This document shows positions 60,392 to 64,000 of a DNA stretch of 64,000 bases, one piece after another (positions within the stretch are counted from its first letter, which is position 1; each line of letters starts with the position of its first letter). The position numbers were made by a program, and so were the translations under genes. The stretch lies in assembly GCA_934087065.1 (NCBI GenBank), contig CAKOIS010000005.1:2789-66788 (forward strand), given 5' to 3'. Below the pieces are notes generated by a model. It searched no databases and was not told the DNA's origin. It was given only the letters and a program-made list of their open reading frames with translations. Source of the DNA: an uncultured Bacilli bacterium (GTDB lineage: Bacteria; Bacillota_I; Bacilli_A; RF39; UBA660).

Positions 60392-61129
60392 ATGTTAACA
60401 CATTATCAAACAGACCCTGGAAAGGTTAGAAGTCATAATGAAGACTCAGTAACAATAGTAAGAAATTTAAGTGGAGACTACTTACTTATGGTAGCTGATG
60501 GAATGGGCGGACATAAAGCTGGAGAAGTTGCTAGTTCAATGGCTGTTACTACTATAGGAAGTAGATTTCAAAGTATGAGCACACTTGGAAATAAAGTAGA
60601 CGCGATTACATGGCTTAAAGAAATAATAGAAGAAGTAAATACAAGCATTATTAGATATGCAAACGAACATGTTGACTCAATGGGACTTGGCTCAACTTTA
60701 GTATGTGCCGTTTTAAGTAAAGACTATCTAATATTTGCAAATGTTGGCGACTCTAGTGGTTTTGTAATAAAGTCAGGTAAACTATATAAAGTAACAAAAG
60801 ACCATACACTAGTAAACGTACTTGTTGAAAGTGGAGAATTAAGACCTGAAGAAGCAGTAAATCACCCACAAAAAAATGTCTTAATGAAGGCATTAGGTGC
60901 AGGGGACAAAATAGACGCTGATATATTTGATGTTGAAACTACAGTAGATGGAATATTCTTATGTAGTGATGGACTAACAAATATGGTAACAACCGAACAA
61001 ATTGAAAGAGTACTAAATGATAATAGTTTAGATATAGAAGAAAAAGTAGATAAACTTATATTAAAAAGTAATTTAAGGGGAGGAAATGACAACATTTCAA
61101 TTGCTTATTTAAGTAGGGAAGGAGAATAG
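60392..61129 (+). CDS. prpC: PP2C-family Ser/Thr protein phosphatase
   Basis: 'VADGMGGH', 'DSMGLGSTL', 'CSDGLTN' motifs. Confidence 0.8.
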   Translation: MLTHYQTDPGKVRSHNEDSVTIVRNLSGDYLLMVADGMGGHKAGEVASSMAVTTIGSRFQSMSTLGNKVDAITWLKEIIEEVNTSIIRYANEHVDSMGLGSTLVCAVLSKDYLIFANVGDSSGFVIKSGKLYKVTKDHTLVNVLVESGELRPEEAVNHPQKNVLMKALGAGDKIDADIFDVETTVDGIFLCSDGLTNMVTTEQIERVLNDNSLDIEEKVDKLILKSNLRGGNDNISIAYLSREGE

Positions 61130-61131
61130 TA

Positions 61132-62871
61132 GTGATAATTAAGGGAACTAAAATTAATAATAGATATTCTATAATAAGAACACTAGGAGAAGGTGGAATG
61201 GCTAATGTTTATTTAGCGTATGACACAATACTTGATAGGAATGTAGCAGTTAAAGTACTTAGAGGTGACTTAGCAACAGACGAAAAGTTTGTAAGACGTT
61301 TTCAAAGGGAAGCTTTGAGTGCTAGTAATTTATATCATCCAAATATTGTACAAATCTATGATTTTGATAGTGAAGATGGACAATACTATATAGTAATGGA
61401 GTATGTAGAAGGTAAAACTTTAAAGCAACTTTTAAAAAGAAGAGGAAGTTTAACTATAACTGAAGTAATTGATATAATGAGTCAAATAACTGATGGAATG
61501 GCACACGCACATGACTCCTACATTATTCATAGAGATATAAAACCTCAAAATATAATGATACTTGATAATGGAATGATTAAGATAACTGACTTTGGTATAG
61601 CAATGGCTCTAAATAGCACTCAACTAACTCAAACCAATTCAGTAATGGGTAGTGTTCATTATTTACCACCTGAGCAAGCAGCAGGCAAGGGTTCTACCAT
61701 AAGAAGTGACATCTATTCAATGGGTATTTTGATGTATGAGTTGTTAACCGGACAAGTTCCATATAAAGGGGATAATGCTGTAGAAATAGCTTTAAAACAT
61801 TTAAAAGAACCACTTCCAAGTATCAGGAAGATATTACCAGAGTTACCACAAAGCATTGAGAACATAATATTAAAGGCAACTGCAAAGAACCCACAAAATA
61901 GATATAAAGACGCTAGAGAAATGCATCAAGATATAATAACTGCAATGGATGAGTCTAGAATAAATGAACCTAAGTATGTATATCCATATAAAGAAAATGA
62001 CTTAGAAGAGACAAAAAGCTTAGATGAAGCAGTAGCTGTTATAAAAAAACAAGAAAAGGAAGAAAAAGAGAATATGAAAAAGAAAGAATTAGAAGAAAGT
62101 AAATCTGAAAAGAAAATACTTATTATATTTGCTAGTATATTCACTGGACTTATAGTACTATGTGCAGCTTTAGTATTCTTGCTTCCATATTTAAGTAAAG
62201 GAAAAACAGTAAGCGTGCCTGATGTTAGTAAGTTAACTAAGGTTGAAGCAACTAATAAACTTGTAAAAGAAGGGTTTACTGTAAGTTGTGGAGAAGAAGA
62301 CTATAAATATGACTCAAGCGATACTATAGAAGAAGGCTACGTTATTAAGTCTAGTCCTGAAGCTGGCACTATGGTTAAAGAAGGAAAGACTATATGTTTA
62401 ACAGTTTCCAGTGGAGAAAGTAGTTTTGAGTTAGAAGACTATACCGGAATGAATTATTTTGAAGCAAAAGGTATACTAGACACTAAATGTAAAGACTTAT
62501 GTAATGTCGTAATAGAAAAACAAAAAGTAAAAGAAACTGATAACTATGAGGATAATACTGTAATTAAAACAAGTCCTAGTAAAGGTGAAATGGTTAAAAA
62601 AGGAGACACTATAACATTATATATTCCTGATAAAGAGATACTATATCCAAACTTTTCAACTTATACTGAAGAACAATTAGATGAATTTGCTACTAAATAT
62701 GGTATTACTGTTGAAAAGAAATATGTAGAGAATTCAAGTATTGCACCTGGAACAATTACTAGTCAAAATAGAAAACAAGGAGACCCAGTAGTTGCGGGAG
62801 TAACACTAACTGTTACAATTACAAAAGCGCCTGAAGTTGTGGAGGGTATAATTTTACCAAATGAAGAATAG
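61132..62871 (+). CDS. prkC: Ser/Thr protein kinase with TM segment and three PASTA domains
   Basis: GTG start. 'LGEGGMANVY', 'HRDIKPQN', 'DFGIA' motifs. C-terminal PASTA repeats. Confidence 0.85.
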   Translation: MIIKGTKINNRYSIIRTLGEGGMANVYLAYDTILDRNVAVKVLRGDLATDEKFVRRFQREALSASNLYHPNIVQIYDFDSEDGQYYIVMEYVEGKTLKQLLKRRGSLTITEVIDIMSQITDGMAHAHDSYIIHRDIKPQNIMILDNGMIKITDFGIAMALNSTQLTQTNSVMGSVHYLPPEQAAGKGSTIRSDIYSMGILMYELLTGQVPYKGDNAVEIALKHLKEPLPSIRKILPELPQSIENIILKATAKNPQNRYKDAREMHQDIITAMDESRINEPKYVYPYKENDLEETKSLDEAVAVIKKQEKEEKENMKKKELEESKSEKKILIIFASIFTGLIVLCAALVFLLPYLSKGKTVSVPDVSKLTKVEATNKLVKEGFTVSCGEEDYKYDSSDTIEEGYVIKSSPEAGTMVKEGKTICLTVSSGESSFELEDYTGMNYFEAKGILDTKCKDLCNVVIEKQKVKETDNYEDNTVIKTSPSKGEMVKKGDTITLYIPDKEILYPNFSTYTEEQLDEFATKYGITVEKKYVENSSIAPGTITSQNRKQGDPVVAGVTLTVTITKAPEVVEGIILPNEE

Positions 62872-63703
62872 TTTAGGAAAAATAATAAGCATAAATAAAG
62901 ACTTATATTCTGTACTTTGTGGTACAGAAGTTTTTCCATGTTCAGTCAGGGGAAAACTAAAAAATATCAAATTAACTGTAGGAGATAATGTTAAATTTGA
63001 TAAAGATAATAAAACTATTGAAGGAGTACTTGATAGAAAGAATACACTAATAAGACCACTTGTATCTAATATTGATAAACTTTTTATTGTAACTTCTAGT
63101 GTAACACCACTCTTTAGCTCGTATTTACTTGATAAATTTGTAGTACTAACTGTACACAACAACATCACTCCTGTAATAGTTATAACTAAGTTAGATTTAG
63201 TAGATAGAAAAACTAAAAAAGATATACTAAATACTCTAAAGTACTATAAGAAACTAGGTATTCATGTATATAAAAACACTAATACTTTTATGATAAAGAA
63301 AGAACTAAAAAACTGCGTTAGTGCACTAGGTGGACAAACCGGGGCAGGAAAAAGCACTCTTTTAAACAAGTTAGATAAAACTCTTAACTTGAAAACAGGA
63401 GAAGTGTCTATGGCTTTAGGAAGAGGGAAACACACTACAAGACTAGTTGAATTAATGCCTTTATGTAAAGGTTTAATTGCTGATACACCAGGTTTTAGTA
63501 GTCTAGAATTAGATTTAACAGAAAATGAAATAAGAGACGCGTTCACAGAGTTTGGCTTTAACTGCAAATATAACACTTGTAATCATACTCATGAAAATGG
63601 GTGTGACGTTATTAAAAGAGTTAAAGAAGGAAAGATACTAGAAAGTAGGTATAATAATTATATTAAACTAATTAAGGAGGATAAACATGTTAGTAAGTGG
63701 TAG
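62861..63703 (+). CDS. rsgA: ribosome small-subunit-dependent GTPase A
   Basis: Circularly permuted GTPase 'LGGQTGAGKSTLLN', C-terminal zinc finger 'CKYNTCNHTHENGC'. Confidence 0.85.
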   Translation: MKNSLGKIISINKDLYSVLCGTEVFPCSVRGKLKNIKLTVGDNVKFDKDNKTIEGVLDRKNTLIRPLVSNIDKLFIVTSSVTPLFSSYLLDKFVVLTVHNNITPVIVITKLDLVDRKTKKDILNTLKYYKKLGIHVYKNTNTFMIKKELKNCVSALGGQTGAGKSTLLNKLDKTLNLKTGEVSMALGRGKHTTRLVELMPLCKGLIADTPGFSSLELDLTENEIRDAFTEFGFNCKYNTCNHTHENGCDVIKRVKEGKILESRYNNYIKLIKEDKHVSKW

Positions 63704-64000
63704 CTTTTTAAGCAGTACAATTAGTCCAAGAGACGCTATAAGTTATTTAGATAAGTTTGTAGACTTAATGCACGTAGACATTATGGACGGAAAATTTGTA
63801 GAAAATAAAACATATACAACTGGTGAAGTAATAAAGTTAAGTAAATACACCACAAAACCTTTAGATATTCATTTGATGGTTAAAAACCCTATTAAATATA
63901 TTGATGAGTTAGCTATGTTAAACGTAAACAACATTACTTTTCACTATGAGGCAGTTAAAAAACCAATGGAAGTGATTAATCATATTAAAAGTATGGGTAT
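63687..64000 (+). CDS. rpe: ribulose-phosphate 3-epimerase (5' partial, runs off window)
   Basis: AAGGAGG SD. 'SFLSST...HVDIMDGKFV...LDIHLMV' matches the Rpe N-terminus. Confidence 0.65.
   Translation, partial: MLVSGSFLSSTISPRDAISYLDKFVDLMHVDIMDGKFVENKTYTTGEVIKLSKYTTKPLDIHLMVKNPIKYIDELAMLNVNNITFHYEAVKKPMEVINHIKSMG

Noticed and set aside
1238-63576. Numerous 60-160-aa minus-strand ORFs nested inside large plus-strand genes (e.g. 2630-3109, 30837-31298, 40584-41018, 50372-50773, 56896-57276)
   Set aside because: They lie antisense within well-supported conserved genes, have Ser/Leu/Phe-rich low-complexity translations typical of AT-rich antisense frames, and lack SD sequences. They are treated as non-coding.

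Overview
AT-rich (~30% GC) chromosomal segment from a low-GC Gram-positive bacterium (Bacillota-like). It carries a standalone pro-sigma-K-like gene and near-consensus TTGACA-17-TGnTATAAT promoters, and is dense in housekeeping genes. Gene order: ileS, addB-addA, rpmG-efp, rpmB, nfo, tRNA-Ser(GCT), lepA, rplK-rplA-rplJ-rplL-ybxB-rpoB-rpoC, obg-yqeG-yqeH-mutL, miaA, rsmE-mtaB, rimP-nusA-ylxR-infB-rbfA, a LytTR response regulator, prpC-prkC-rsgA-rpe. Several accessory insertions sit between these blocks. The main finding is a family of three dispersed paralogous secreted-protein genes (16611-18257, 36394-37689, 47273-48754). Each has an N-terminal signal peptide with an AYF/AYY/AWF motif, which suggests a SipW-cognate, TasA/camelysin-like protein. 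Each is preceded by the same ~175-nt leader: a promoter, an SD-bearing leader ORF that contains a G8 or G9 homopolymer, and a rho-independent terminator just upstream of the main gene's own RBS. In the G8 copy the leader ORF reads into the terminator stem. In the two G9 copies it stops about 40 nt earlier. I read this as a slipped-strand (poly-G) phase-variable, translation-coupled attenuator, and it is my candidate for the undescribed system. Other notable features: an abrupt GC3-rich codon patch in the C-terminal variable region of two paralogs; a tandem array of four 31-33-bp perfect palindromes upstream of an ORF6N-domain gene that carries a fifth copy in-frame; an orphan promoter/terminator pair (candidate sRNA) after mutL; tandem decaying YhcG/DUF1016 nuclease-like duplicates; an L11 with a 60-aa acidic tail; and a lipoprotein plus beta-helix surface cassette flanked by paralogous HExxH proteins.
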